A DNA stretch of 64,000 nt. Source: a virus. Positions 18,799-28,454 of the stretch are shown here, piece after piece. The first letter of the stretch is position 1; each line of letters starts with the position of its first letter. The position numbers and the translations under genes were made by a program. The stretch spans positions 1-64,000 of IMG/VR virus record IMGVR_UViG_3300006919_000043; one strand, 5' to 3'. The notes below the pieces were generated by a model. That model made no database searches. It saw only the letters and a list, made by a program, of their open reading frames with translations, and was not told where the DNA came from.

Positions 18799-20139
18799 AT
18801 GAGCGAAAATAGAGAATTAGGTAACGAATGTATTGAAGAAGCGAGCAAGATATTGGGTATCAGTGTTGAAGAAGCACGGGCATCCTTTGGTTCGTGGATG
18901 AACGAAACTTTCCCCGATATGTGGGATATGGTCGGTAAAACGATTGATGGTCTTGATGATGATGATTACAATGACTTTGCTGATATGTTCGTTTGTGCAA
19001 ACCGCCCAACAGGCGGTGGCGGTGGTTCCGGTGAGGAATGGGTCGGTGCATTCATTGGTTTTGATAGAAGAATTGACTTGATGAAAAGAAAGCGTGAAAT
19101 GGCTATTGACATAGCCACTGCTGATTTATCGGGTGCTATCAATAACGGTTTCACTTACAATGGTAACAAGGTCGGTATAGGTCGAGCCTTTACTGCTGAT
19201 GGTGTTTGGCGTGCTGAACACAGTGCGGGCACCTTCGTGTCCACTGTGGCTTCCGATACTACACCGGACTGGGTTATCCCTCTCAATGAGAAACTATCTA
19301 TTTGTATGCTCAAGCCGGACAATACCCCACAGCGTGCATCAGCACTGAAATCTGTATGGGCGTTTCATGGCAATACCAAAGAGCAATTCCTTGAGATCGG
19401 TCCGATCACAATCGCTGTTGAGGGTGCCTTTGAGGCCGCAAAGCATGACTGGAAACTATTTACTCCTGTAACCATTAAAGGTAAATTCGATGAAGAAGGT
19501 TGGAAGGGTAGCGGTGCTACTCTCACTGTTTCATCACCAAACGCTGAATATGGCCTTGACTGGGTTCCCGATGGCAAAAAGCGTGAAACCTGTGAAAAAC
19601 TATTCCAGCCCGACCAGTATCTTACTACCACTGGTGAATGCGCTGTGAATGTCAAGGATTTACTACAACACCACTTAGATAACCGAAGGGAATCTTATGT
19701 TGACCGTAATGGTGTTCAGCGATATGATGGTGCTTTGGTTGCTGTTGTGGGTGGTGTCATGGACATCAACCATGAAGGCCGTGAAACCGAATGGGATCCA
19801 ACAGGCCGTGATTACTACTTATCTATCAGCACACAGGTTCTAAGGCGGGAAAATCCAAACGCTCGCATTGGTATCAAAGTCGGTGGATTACTCAAAGAGA
19901 ATCACAATGGGCTATCTGTGCTGAAAGGTGGAGAATGGGTGCCGTTTGCTAAAGGCTCAAGAATTTGGGTTGTTGGCCGCACTGATTCATACATGAACCA
20001 AGACGGTGATGAGGTAGTCAGCATTCAAGCGCAGGGTATCTATGCCATCCCACACAAATCTATTCCAGCACGCAAGCCAAGCGAGGACAGCAACGATCTC
20101 GGCAACCTAAGTGGCTTCGGTGTCGGGGGTGATGAATGA
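18799..20139 (+). CDS. OB-fold ssDNA-binding (RPA-like) protein
   Basis: C-terminal OB-like strand run RIWVVGRT..VSIQAQGIYAIP; position within the replisome operon. Confidence 0.55.
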   Translation: MSENRELGNECIEEASKILGISVEEARASFGSWMNETFPDMWDMVGKTIDGLDDDDYNDFADMFVCANRPTGGGGGSGEEWVGAFIGFDRRIDLMKRKREMAIDIATADLSGAINNGFTYNGNKVGIGRAFTADGVWRAEHSAGTFVSTVASDTTPDWVIPLNEKLSICMLKPDNTPQRASALKSVWAFHGNTKEQFLEIGPITIAVEGAFEAAKHDWKLFTPVTIKGKFDEEGWKGSGATLTVSSPNAEYGLDWVPDGKKRETCEKLFQPDQYLTTTGECAVNVKDLLQHHLDNRRESYVDRNGVQRYDGALVAVVGGVMDINHEGRETEWDPTGRDYYLSISTQVLRRENPNARIGIKVGGLLKENHNGLSVLKGGEWVPFAKGSRIWVVGRTDSYMNQDGDEVVSIQAQGIYAIPHKSIPARKPSEDSNDLGNLSGFGVGGDE

Positions 20140-21335
20140 TGGGAACAGGATTCTTAGACGGCTTCAAAGAAAAGAAGGGTAACTACGAACCACCAACCAA
20201 AGAGGCTGGTGGTAACAAGAAGGCTAAGGCGAAGCCAAAGGCCAAACCTGCACCGAAGAAGCAAGAGCAAATTCCTATCGAGGCATTGGTTGACGATGCA
20301 CCGCCAGTGGTTGACCACGAACCGGAGGAACCGGTTGAGGAACCTATGCCACAGCCACCTGCAAAGCCTAAACCTTCACCGAAGGCCAAAGGCGACTCTC
20401 ACCTTGACCGTGTTAATTCTTCTATTGCTAACATGATTAGACAGGCAAGAAACAGCGTTCCAATCCAAACCTATGTTATGTGTGGTATCGCTGGTATGCC
20501 TAAGACTGGTAAGACTGGTATGGTTCTTGACAGCCTTACAGAACAAGAAGTGCAAAATGGTGCTGAAATATGGCATATTGATTTTGATTTGGGTGGAGAA
20601 ACTACAAAGGCGGCTCACCATCAAGACAAGATGGACAACCTTGTGGTGCTTAATCCGTGGGTTTTCAATTACGGACAAAGCCGTGTGCCTTACGATTTCC
20701 CAGCCACATTCCAACAGACTATTGACATACTAAAGACAGCACAGGCTCAAATGCAAGCACAGAATGATTACTATGCTGAACATGGTAAGATGCCTAACCC
20801 GTATCTAAAGACTGTCGTGTTCGATGGTGCCGACCATTGGTTACATATCACTGAAACCTGTATGAAGGTGGATGATTTGGATTTGGGTGTTGACGGTATT
20901 GCTGTATCAAGCAAGAAGGCTACTACACAGATCGGTCGTTTCAATTGGAATATCCGTGCTACACGATACCAAACCGCTATGGTTGCTCTCCGTGAGTTAT
21001 GTCGTGGTGGTGTTCACTGTTATGTCATTACACACATGAAGCCAGCATACGATTCATCGGGTAATGAATTATCCGGACAGCATTCTCCAAAGTGGCTCAA
21101 AGATACCGAAGGACATCTTCAACAGGTTATTCATACCGAGTTAGAAGAAGAAAGGAATGAGCAAGGTGAATTGACTGGTGTAGTGCGTGGCTACGCTGTT
21201 ATTGTTGCCGACAGGACTTCACTGCAAGCCAGTGGTCGTGTTCTGTTGTTTGAGCGCAACCAAGACGGTGGTGTTTGGCACGGATGGCAAGGACTCAAGA
21301 CTGGCGATTTCAATGTTTTAAGGGGCGATGAGTGA
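20136..21335 (+). CDS. RecA-fold/AAA_24 (Sak4/RadA-like) ATPase with Pro/Lys-rich N-terminus
   Basis: GMPKTGKT, WHIDFDLG, TVVFDG, YVITHMK. Confidence 0.75.
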   Translation: MMGTGFLDGFKEKKGNYEPPTKEAGGNKKAKAKPKAKPAPKKQEQIPIEALVDDAPPVVDHEPEEPVEEPMPQPPAKPKPSPKAKGDSHLDRVNSSIANMIRQARNSVPIQTYVMCGIAGMPKTGKTGMVLDSLTEQEVQNGAEIWHIDFDLGGETTKAAHHQDKMDNLVVLNPWVFNYGQSRVPYDFPATFQQTIDILKTAQAQMQAQNDYYAEHGKMPNPYLKTVVFDGADHWLHITETCMKVDDLDLGVDGIAVSSKKATTQIGRFNWNIRATRYQTAMVALRELCRGGVHCYVITHMKPAYDSSGNELSGQHSPKWLKDTEGHLQQVIHTELEEERNEQGELTGVVRGYAVIVADRTSLQASGRVLLFERNQDGGVWHGWQGLKTGDFNVLRGDE

Positions 21336-22129
21336 TGGTGGTTGCTGTAACTTTACATCAACACACAATCAAGCATTTCCTAAATGCGTTCAAAGGCATG
21401 GATGATTTGGTTATCAGCATAGGTGAAAGCGGTATTAGTGCGGCTGGAACAATGGACAAAGCATACTTTGTATCTCGCCACTTTCAATATCGTAACGAAG
21501 AAGAATGTCACACTGCTGGTGACATAGCACTGGGTCAATTGTCCACCTTTGCCGCACTTGTTGAAGAATGTGGTAATGGTGGTGAATTGGTTAAGATCTC
21601 CTTAGACGACAAAGGCGTGTTAAGGGTGGTTGGTGACAGTCAAGATTTCAAAATGCCGACAATCCAAACCGCTACATCACAGGCCGGTGTATCAGTAATC
21701 AAAAAACAAATTGCCCTGTCAGCCGACACGGAATACAAGACATTTGGTAACGATGAAATACCGTTTGACTTTGGTATGTGGTTTTGGGCACATGACTTTA
21801 CGACTTTACAGACGACTGGTAAATCAATACAGAACGGTGCATTGTTTTGCCTATCGGTCGAAAGCGACAACACACTCAATCTCGGTGTTCAGCGTGATTC
21901 TATCCGTATGAATGCCAACCTTGAACCCGAACCTCCACACACTGTGTTAAACGACACAGTAATGTGGTTTGGAAAGTGGCTGATGGATGCTCTTAGGGCT
22001 ATGCCTAAGACTGGGGTAATCCATTTGCACGGTGGTAACAATACGCCTTTGCTCATAAGACATGAGTTAGACGGCATCATGTCCACCACCGCTATCATCG
22101 CACCCCGCCAAGAGGAAAGCGGGGAGTAA
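21332..22129 (+). CDS. pcn: PCNA-like sliding clamp
   Basis: 265 aa; C-terminal IHLHGGNNTPLLIRHE..TAIIAPR is typical of PCNA; directly upstream of PolB. Confidence 0.8.
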   Translation: MMVVAVTLHQHTIKHFLNAFKGMDDLVISIGESGISAAGTMDKAYFVSRHFQYRNEEECHTAGDIALGQLSTFAALVEECGNGGELVKISLDDKGVLRVVGDSQDFKMPTIQTATSQAGVSVIKKQIALSADTEYKTFGNDEIPFDFGMWFWAHDFTTLQTTGKSIQNGALFCLSVESDNTLNLGVQRDSIRMNANLEPEPPHTVLNDTVMWFGKWLMDALRAMPKTGVIHLHGGNNTPLLIRHELDGIMSTTAIIAPRQEESGE

Positions 22130-22131
22130 TT

Positions 22132-24459
22132 TTGATTGTCACAACATACGATACCGAAGATCAAGATTGTCCTTCAATCCACATTCGTTTCCGCAACCAA
22201 GACGGAAAGGTGATGGAGAAGGTTGTGGATAAATACTATCCATACTTCTCCATTTCAGCCGACAGTGATATGGCACATATCACCCAACTCTTTGACGAAA
22301 GGTGTCATGGTTGGTATGTTGGTGCTGTTGAGGCAAACTCACTGCCCACGAAGGAATACCCCGAAGGGAGGAAATTGATACAGGTGGTTGCACCCGACTT
22401 GAAGGCACTGAAACAGATGCGAGATGTTTGTGATGAAACATGGGAGGCAGACATTGGTTATGCCGACCGGTATTTGATAGATGAGATCGCACCCGAAGAT
22501 TTCCCCGACTGGTTTCCGAACATGGTTCGTGCCGGTGGCCTTGACTTAGAATGGAATAAAGACGGTGAGATTACTGCTATGGGTTTCACCACAGATGGTG
22601 TGGTTGTAAAGCAGTGGGCGTGGCATCCAACTATGCCCGAAGTCGGTCTTATGCGATTTTCGCCAACCGATGATGTAGCCAGCGTGTTCTCTAATGAAAG
22701 GGATATGCTGGTTTCTTTTGCCAACGCATTTCAAGAATTAGACCCCGACCTAATTACAACATGGTCGGGGAACCGTGCCGATTGGCCTAAGATATACGAA
22801 AGATACAAACACCATGACATCGGTTTAGATTGGATTTCGCCGTTGGCTGGGGTCAGTGCTTCGCCACCAATGATGCACTTGCCGAGAGATGGTCGCTACA
22901 ATGATGGTAGCCAAATCATACTCGGTCGCATGGTTTTAGACTTAGCGGATCGAAATCATGGTTTTGAGCGTGTATGGAAAGACAGTGGCAACGGCCAATT
23001 ATCCGACAGGCGTTTAGGTGCTGTTGGTAAAGTGGCGTTCCCTAATAATCCCGAATTGTGGAAAATAGATACGGGTGGTTTTACGCATCACGAATTGTGG
23101 CTTGACCACTTTGCTCACTTTTTGAAGTATCACCGTGCCGATGTTTTACTAACAGACAAATTGGATAGAGAGTATCATGTAGCACGCTTCTTCATGGCAT
23201 TACAACGAGTATGTGGCGTTTCTTTCTCATCAGTATTTACTGTCAGCAAATTCGCAAGAGGACTATTGCGAAGGCGTGCCACATGGGCGGCACCCACTGG
23301 AACATACAAGAAGGGCGTTGGTGATTCATACGGTGGTGGCTTTGTTCCGCACCCAAAGACTGGGCGTTTCTATGATGTAGCCTGTTTCGATTTCCGAGCC
23401 ATGTATGCTGAAATACAACGTGGTAACAACATCAGCCCCGAAACCATACGCTTTGGCACAGGAGATGGAATCCGTGAATTGGGTAATGGCACTTATTGGT
23501 ATCAAGATGAGCGTGGGGTATTGCCCCAACTGCAAATGGATCTTGCCGATGCGAGGAATGCCGCCAAAGCGGAGATGAAAAAACATGCACCGGAATCATC
23601 CGAGTATGCCGGTTTCAACACACTACAATTGGCCTTCAAGCGTGCCGCGGCGAGCGTATATGGCCTAATGGGTCATACTGGGCACGGTGAGTCGCACAAG
23701 ACTGTTGCCTCAACAATTACCTATGTGGGTCGCCAATTGACATCACGCTTGATGGAGATATGCGAGGACATGGGTTTTGAGCCATTGGCTGGACATACCG
23801 ACAGCGCATACATACAAATTGGCGATAACGATGGTGAGAATATCGCTGATGCTTTGACACAAACCATACAGAAGGAGTTTGACTCCGATAGGTTTGTTGT
23901 CGAGTATGAGAAGCACATGAGGGCGTGGGTAGCGGCTAAGAAGAATAGAAACTTTGGCTGGGTTACTTGGCCGAAAGAAGGACTACACTGCACAGGCTTT
24001 GAGATGAAAAAGTCAAATGCGGCACAGATAACAAAAACAATACAAGAAAATTCCTTTGAGGCTATGTGTAAAGACAATGCCGATGAGTCATACATACAAG
24101 GGCTGGTCAATGATGCAATCGCTGATGTCCGAAATATGAACCGCAAGGATCTTGTTATGCGCTCTCGCTTAGGTGCGAAAGCCGAATCATATTCACAAAA
24201 CGGTGGTTTTCAAGGTGCCGCTAAGAAATACAACCGCTTGAACCCCAACAATCGCTTCGACAAAGGCGATGGTGTTCCTCATGTATATACCACAAAGGGC
24301 ATTGAAGCGTTCAAGACCGACGAAGAATTAAGCAAATTAGACATAGATTTCACCACAGTGATAGAAAAGCAAATTATAGCACCCGTTTCCCTTATCTTTG
24401 AGGCGATGGGTTGGCGTTTGCCGTCAGCCGATGGTGCTAAACCACAGGAGTGGTGGTAA
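22132..24459 (+). CDS. polB: family B DNA polymerase
   Basis: ExoI LDLEW, ExoII W.G.RADWP, ExoIII YHRAD, polymerase motifs A DFRAMY, B K.AAASVYG, C GHTDS; C-terminal EWW. Confidence 0.95.
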   Translation: MIVTTYDTEDQDCPSIHIRFRNQDGKVMEKVVDKYYPYFSISADSDMAHITQLFDERCHGWYVGAVEANSLPTKEYPEGRKLIQVVAPDLKALKQMRDVCDETWEADIGYADRYLIDEIAPEDFPDWFPNMVRAGGLDLEWNKDGEITAMGFTTDGVVVKQWAWHPTMPEVGLMRFSPTDDVASVFSNERDMLVSFANAFQELDPDLITTWSGNRADWPKIYERYKHHDIGLDWISPLAGVSASPPMMHLPRDGRYNDGSQIILGRMVLDLADRNHGFERVWKDSGNGQLSDRRLGAVGKVAFPNNPELWKIDTGGFTHHELWLDHFAHFLKYHRADVLLTDKLDREYHVARFFMALQRVCGVSFSSVFTVSKFARGLLRRRATWAAPTGTYKKGVGDSYGGGFVPHPKTGRFYDVACFDFRAMYAEIQRGNNISPETIRFGTGDGIRELGNGTYWYQDERGVLPQLQMDLADARNAAKAEMKKHAPESSEYAGFNTLQLAFKRAAASVYGLMGHTGHGESHKTVASTITYVGRQLTSRLMEICEDMGFEPLAGHTDSAYIQIGDNDGENIADALTQTIQKEFDSDRFVVEYEKHMRAWVAAKKNRNFGWVTWPKEGLHCTGFEMKKSNAAQITKTIQENSFEAMCKDNADESYIQGLVNDAIADVRNMNRKDLVMRSRLGAKAESYSQNGGFQGAAKKYNRLNPNNRFDKGDGVPHVYTTKGIEAFKTDEELSKLDIDFTTVIEKQIIAPVSLIFEAMGWRLPSADGAKPQEWW

Positions 24460-24460
24460 G

Positions 24461-25408
24461 ATGATAACATATAGAGAACCCCGACCATATCCCGTGCCCG
24501 ACCATGACGATTTATTCTCATGTTACAACTGGCACCCCGATATGCCGGACAATGTTATTCTCCGTGCGAGTAAATCATCGGTGGGTGACTTTACCTTCTG
24601 TAAGCAACAATACGCAATCAGCAGGGTTCTCGGCATGAAAGAGCCACAGAATGAGAACATGCTACGAGGAACAAATGTCCACGATAGTGTCGAATTGTTT
24701 TACCAGCGTGTTGATGTTGACAAGGCAAGTGAAGAACACGACCTTGAAAGATACTTTCGTGATTGTATTCCACATTCCAGTGAGATACGCTCGGCTCAAG
24801 ATAATTTCTTCTTAGAAGAGGACTTACACATTGACAGATTCTTAGAGAAAGAGATTCAGCGTTTTAACGCAAGCGACCCACAACACTTCTTACCAACTGG
24901 CAACGAATTGGTAATTAACCATGTTCATGAAATAGAAGTGGATGGTATATCACAAAGGGTGCATTTCACCGGTATCATAGATAGGATATTTACCAACCCC
25001 GATGGGTCATTACACATACACGAATTGAAAACTGGTGCATGGAAAGATAGCGCAAGTAAATTTAGAAACATGAGAAAGGAAATGGCTTTCTATGTATGGT
25101 TGCTAAGAAAGTCCGACCCAACCAATGCAATCACACACTGGGGTTGGGATCACACTAAAGGTGTCAAGAATACCGACACCTTTGACGCTGAAATGTTCCG
25201 TTATGTTGAGGCTGTCCGTGCAAAAGAGATAGGCGAAATGCTGGGCGACATACAGAATCTAATCCGCACGCACAGGAAATACAAAGGTGATGATGATATT
25301 AGCATGTTCCCCTTGTTACCATCGGGTGCCCAATATATGATATGCGATCCGTGGTGTGGCTTGAAAGAATTTTGCCCACGCTACCACCAACACATAGGAG
25401 ATGAGTAA
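24461..25408 (+). CDS. Cas4-like PD-(D/E)xK nuclease
   Basis: FCKQQY, RGTNVH, GIIDRI, HELKTG, C-terminal CDPWCGLKEFC (Fe-S staple). Confidence 0.85.
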   Translation: MITYREPRPYPVPDHDDLFSCYNWHPDMPDNVILRASKSSVGDFTFCKQQYAISRVLGMKEPQNENMLRGTNVHDSVELFYQRVDVDKASEEHDLERYFRDCIPHSSEIRSAQDNFFLEEDLHIDRFLEKEIQRFNASDPQHFLPTGNELVINHVHEIEVDGISQRVHFTGIIDRIFTNPDGSLHIHELKTGAWKDSASKFRNMRKEMAFYVWLLRKSDPTNAITHWGWDHTKGVKNTDTFDAEMFRYVEAVRAKEIGEMLGDIQNLIRTHRKYKGDDDISMFPLLPSGAQYMICDPWCGLKEFCPRYHQHIGDE

Positions 25409-26621
25409 TATGACACGAAACACGGACAAGGACTTCGGACATGGCAAGCATATTGACATTATGGTTGGCGATTGTGTTGAAAGCATGAAATCACTACCGG
25501 ATAAGAGTGTGCAAACTTGTATCACCAGCCCACCATACTGGGGGTTGCGTGATTACGGTCATGAAAAACAGTTAGGTATGGAAAAGACACCCGAAGAATT
25601 TGTGGCTAATATGGTCGAAGTGTTCCGTGAAGTGAGGCGTGTCTTGCGTGATGATGGCACGCTATGGCTCAATCTTGGAGATAGTTATGCCAGTGGTAAA
25701 GCAAGATATTCCACGAAAGAGCAATCATTTCTTGGTGGTAAAAGAAATGACGCTAAGTTAGGGGCACTGCAAGACGGTAAGCGTGCTTGTGTTAAACATC
25801 ACGATTACTTGAAGGATAAAGATCTTGTTGGCATACCGTGGCTTGTGGCGTTTGCATTACAGCGTGATGGCTGGTGGCTAAGACAAGATATAATTTGGCA
25901 TAAGCCAAACCCAATGCCCGAATCGGTAAAGGATAGATGCACTAAATCTCACGAATACATTTTCTTGTTGACCAAATCGCCAACATACTACTATGATGAT
26001 GAAGCGGTCAAAATTCCAGTCAATGACCCAAGCCGAAAAAACTACCAAAGTGGTGCGAGGACTAACGGTTTCAATTTAGATAGGAATGATAATGACATGG
26101 CCGAGCGCATGAAAGGCGTAATCTTCGACAAAAAGAAAAAGCGTTCTGTATGGTCGGTAAAAGTAAAACCATTCAAGGAGGCGCACTTTGCCACTTATCC
26201 CCCCGAATTGATTGAGCCGTGTATATTGGCATCAACATCGGAACACGGGTGTTGCGCTGAATGCGGTGCCCCTTATGTTAGAGAAATAAAAACCACTTAC
26301 CCTAAGATGAGAGGTATAGAAGCAAGAGATGTGCCGGGTCAAAACAAGCATGGCTCATTTGGTGCCACAAGGTTTGACGACCCAATAGTAACCGAAACTA
26401 CGGGTTGGAAACCATCGTGCGATTGTAATGCTGAAATATCAAGATGCACCGTATTAGATCCGTTTGGTGGTTCGGGAACCACTGGGGCGGTTGCGCTAAA
26501 GCATGGGAGAAAAGCAATACTGTGTGAGTTAAACGAAGAATATGCAAAGATAATACCAAAGAGGATAGAATCTATCACTGGTTTGTCGGCAACACAAAAG
26601 ACATTCGATGATTGGTGGTGA
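25401..26621 (+). CDS. beta-class amino (N4-C/N6-A) DNA methyltransferase with C-terminal PIP box
   Basis: TSPPYW catalytic motif precedes the DPFGGSGTT SAM motif; Cys insert CCAEC..CDC; ends QKTFDDWW. Confidence 0.92.
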   Translation: MSNMTRNTDKDFGHGKHIDIMVGDCVESMKSLPDKSVQTCITSPPYWGLRDYGHEKQLGMEKTPEEFVANMVEVFREVRRVLRDDGTLWLNLGDSYASGKARYSTKEQSFLGGKRNDAKLGALQDGKRACVKHHDYLKDKDLVGIPWLVAFALQRDGWWLRQDIIWHKPNPMPESVKDRCTKSHEYIFLLTKSPTYYYDDEAVKIPVNDPSRKNYQSGARTNGFNLDRNDNDMAERMKGVIFDKKKKRSVWSVKVKPFKEAHFATYPPELIEPCILASTSEHGCCAECGAPYVREIKTTYPKMRGIEARDVPGQNKHGSFGATRFDDPIVTETTGWKPSCDCNAEISRCTVLDPFGGSGTTGAVALKHGRKAILCELNEEYAKIIPKRIESITGLSATQKTFDDWW

Positions 26622-26862
26622 TACAATGACAATGAGTGACCATCAAGACAGTGAGCATTTTGCCGGTGTGCGAAATGAAGATGCTATTCTTAAAATGCTG
26701 GACAAGGCCGAGCGCAAGCAAAATATACACTACACTAAAATGCAAGACGGGAGAAGATCCGAGCGCATTTTTCACATGAGAAACTACAAAGCGTTGGAGG
26801 GTGTGGTCAAAGCCCTGCGATGGACATTAGGTGATAAAGAAATAGACCATCCGTTGGAGTGA
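26608..26862 (+). CDS. hypothetical protein
   Basis: Coupled small ORF between the MTase and primase. Confidence 0.65.
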   Translation: MIGGDTMTMSDHQDSEHFAGVRNEDAILKMLDKAERKQNIHYTKMQDGRRSERIFHMRNYKALEGVVKALRWTLGDKEIDHPLE

Positions 26863-27932
26863 ATGAAATGGCGCACATGTTTAGACACTTTCCCCGTGAG
26901 ATAGACATGCGTAAGCGTAAGGTGGTTCATTCAATGGATGAATTACAGCACTATGTTACAGCAACAAACGGTGCTGACAATCTAACCACTACTGTGTATG
27001 GCTTTAGACAATTGAAGCCGAATGGTCATAGAGGGGAATACAACACTGCTGTGATACCACACTTTGTCATGGACTTTGACTATGAACGGGCACTGAATGA
27101 AAATACATCAGCGAAGCAAGCAGGTGAAGAGTGTTTCAAGCAAGTCTATGCTTTGCATCAGCATCTTGTGTCAAACGACTGGCGACATGCTATGTTCTTC
27201 ACTGGGGGCGGTGTCCACATTTGGGTTAGCCTTGACAAGACATACGAGCCTACACCGGCTGAATTGGGCGACTTCTTATTCAGTGGGCGTAAATTGATTG
27301 AGAAGTGGGTCAAGACATGGGATTTGACCACGCTTGACCCTGTTGTTTCTTTCCGACCCGACCGGCACATTCGTATTCCAAACACATACAATTTCAAGCG
27401 TGGGCTTTGGGGTATGCCTCTTTCGACACAAGACATAGAGCAGGGCTGGGAGTATGTATTGAAGAAGGCTCAAGAACCACATGGTGGTATGACCATGTAT
27501 GGCAAACATGGCATGGCTATGAAAGTCAAGAAGCGTGATCCTAACCAGCCATTTGCGGCTGAAAAGATTGATGTGAACATGAAGCGTATTGGTAAAATGA
27601 CAGTGTTACCCTGTTTGGCATCAGCCGCATGTGAGAAAGGTAGTAACCCCACCCATGAAGCAAGGGTGTATTTGGTTCAGTATCTTCAAGACAGACTACG
27701 CTCATTTGCACGCCCTCCTTCTTCGTCACCAATTACCAAGTCAAGTATCAAGAATACAATCGCATCTTTCATAGCCGACTTACAATGGTCGGACTACAAT
27801 GAGGAAACTACACGGGGCTACATCGAACACAGCGTCAACAGGGCATACATCACACCCTCTTGTCGCACCCTCTATGAGAAGGGGTATTGTATAGGGAGAT
27901 GTCCGTTTTACGACAGGAGTGGTGGACAGTGA
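26859..27932 (+). CDS. archaeo-eukaryotic primase, PriS-PriL fusion
   Basis: AEP motifs DFD, FTGGGVH, DRHIRIPNT; PriL-CTD Fe-S motifs LPCL, HEAR, PSC..L...GYC...C. Confidence 0.88.
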   Translation: MNEMAHMFRHFPREIDMRKRKVVHSMDELQHYVTATNGADNLTTTVYGFRQLKPNGHRGEYNTAVIPHFVMDFDYERALNENTSAKQAGEECFKQVYALHQHLVSNDWRHAMFFTGGGVHIWVSLDKTYEPTPAELGDFLFSGRKLIEKWVKTWDLTTLDPVVSFRPDRHIRIPNTYNFKRGLWGMPLSTQDIEQGWEYVLKKAQEPHGGMTMYGKHGMAMKVKKRDPNQPFAAEKIDVNMKRIGKMTVLPCLASAACEKGSNPTHEARVYLVQYLQDRLRSFARPPSSSPITKSSIKNTIASFIADLQWSDYNEETTRGYIEHSVNRAYITPSCRTLYEKGYCIGRCPFYDRSGGQ

Positions 27933-28000
27933 ATTTTTCAATTGGAAATTTGATTTTTCAATTGGGAAATTCAATATCAATTTCCAATTGGATAATGAAA
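27931..28000. repeat. AT-rich element with two direct and one inverted CAATTGG(G)AAATT copies
   Basis: gaattttt-CAATTGGAAATT-tgattttt-CAATTGGGAAATT-caatatc-AATTTCCAATTG. Confidence 0.7.
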
Positions 28001-28014
28001 AAAAGGTGAAAAAT

Positions 28015-28137
28015 ATGGCGAGATTAACAGCAAGATTTTGTGTGAAGAAGGACTGTAATAAAATAGCATTAAGCGGATTCCGTAAGTGCGGTGATTGTAT
28101 GTTTGGGAGAACCAAAAAGGTCGGTGAAGAAGAATGA
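28015..28137 (+). CDS. small Cys-rich protein
   Basis: ATG 28015 after GGTGAAAAAT (same as at 4056); CVKKDC..CGDC. Confidence 0.55.
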   Translation: MARLTARFCVKKDCNKIALSGFRKCGDCMFGRTKKVGEEE

Positions 28138-28454
28138 GTGAAGATATAGAGAAGATCCGTGCTGAAAAGATAGCGGCACTACAAGCAAAGATGAAGAAGG
28201 CTGATGAAGAAAACGAAGAAATAACCGCCATGAAGCAAGAATTTACATGGTCGGATTTCGGATATGAAGAACCACCATTCGGTTTCCGTGAAAGCGAAGA
28301 AATGGCGGGTGCATTCGATATTTGCCAAGAGCGTCAATCCGTTGCCATAACTGGCGACCCAAGATTCGCTATGCTTGTTACGGACTTACTGAACAGGGCT
28401 AAGAAAGAAGAACTCATCGTTAACCACAAAGCAGGGGAGATAAAGGATGAGTAA
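28134..28454 (+). CDS. hypothetical protein
   Basis: ATGA coupling. Confidence 0.65.
   Translation: MSEDIEKIRAEKIAALQAKMKKADEENEEITAMKQEFTWSDFGYEEPPFGFRESEEMAGAFDICQERQSVAITGDPRFAMLVTDLLNRAKKEELIVNHKAGEIKDE

Noticed and set aside
24461-25408. CRISPR-Cas system suggested by the Cas4-like gene
   Set aside because: No cas1/cas2 and no repeat-spacer array seen; solo Cas4-like nucleases are common in viral replication modules.
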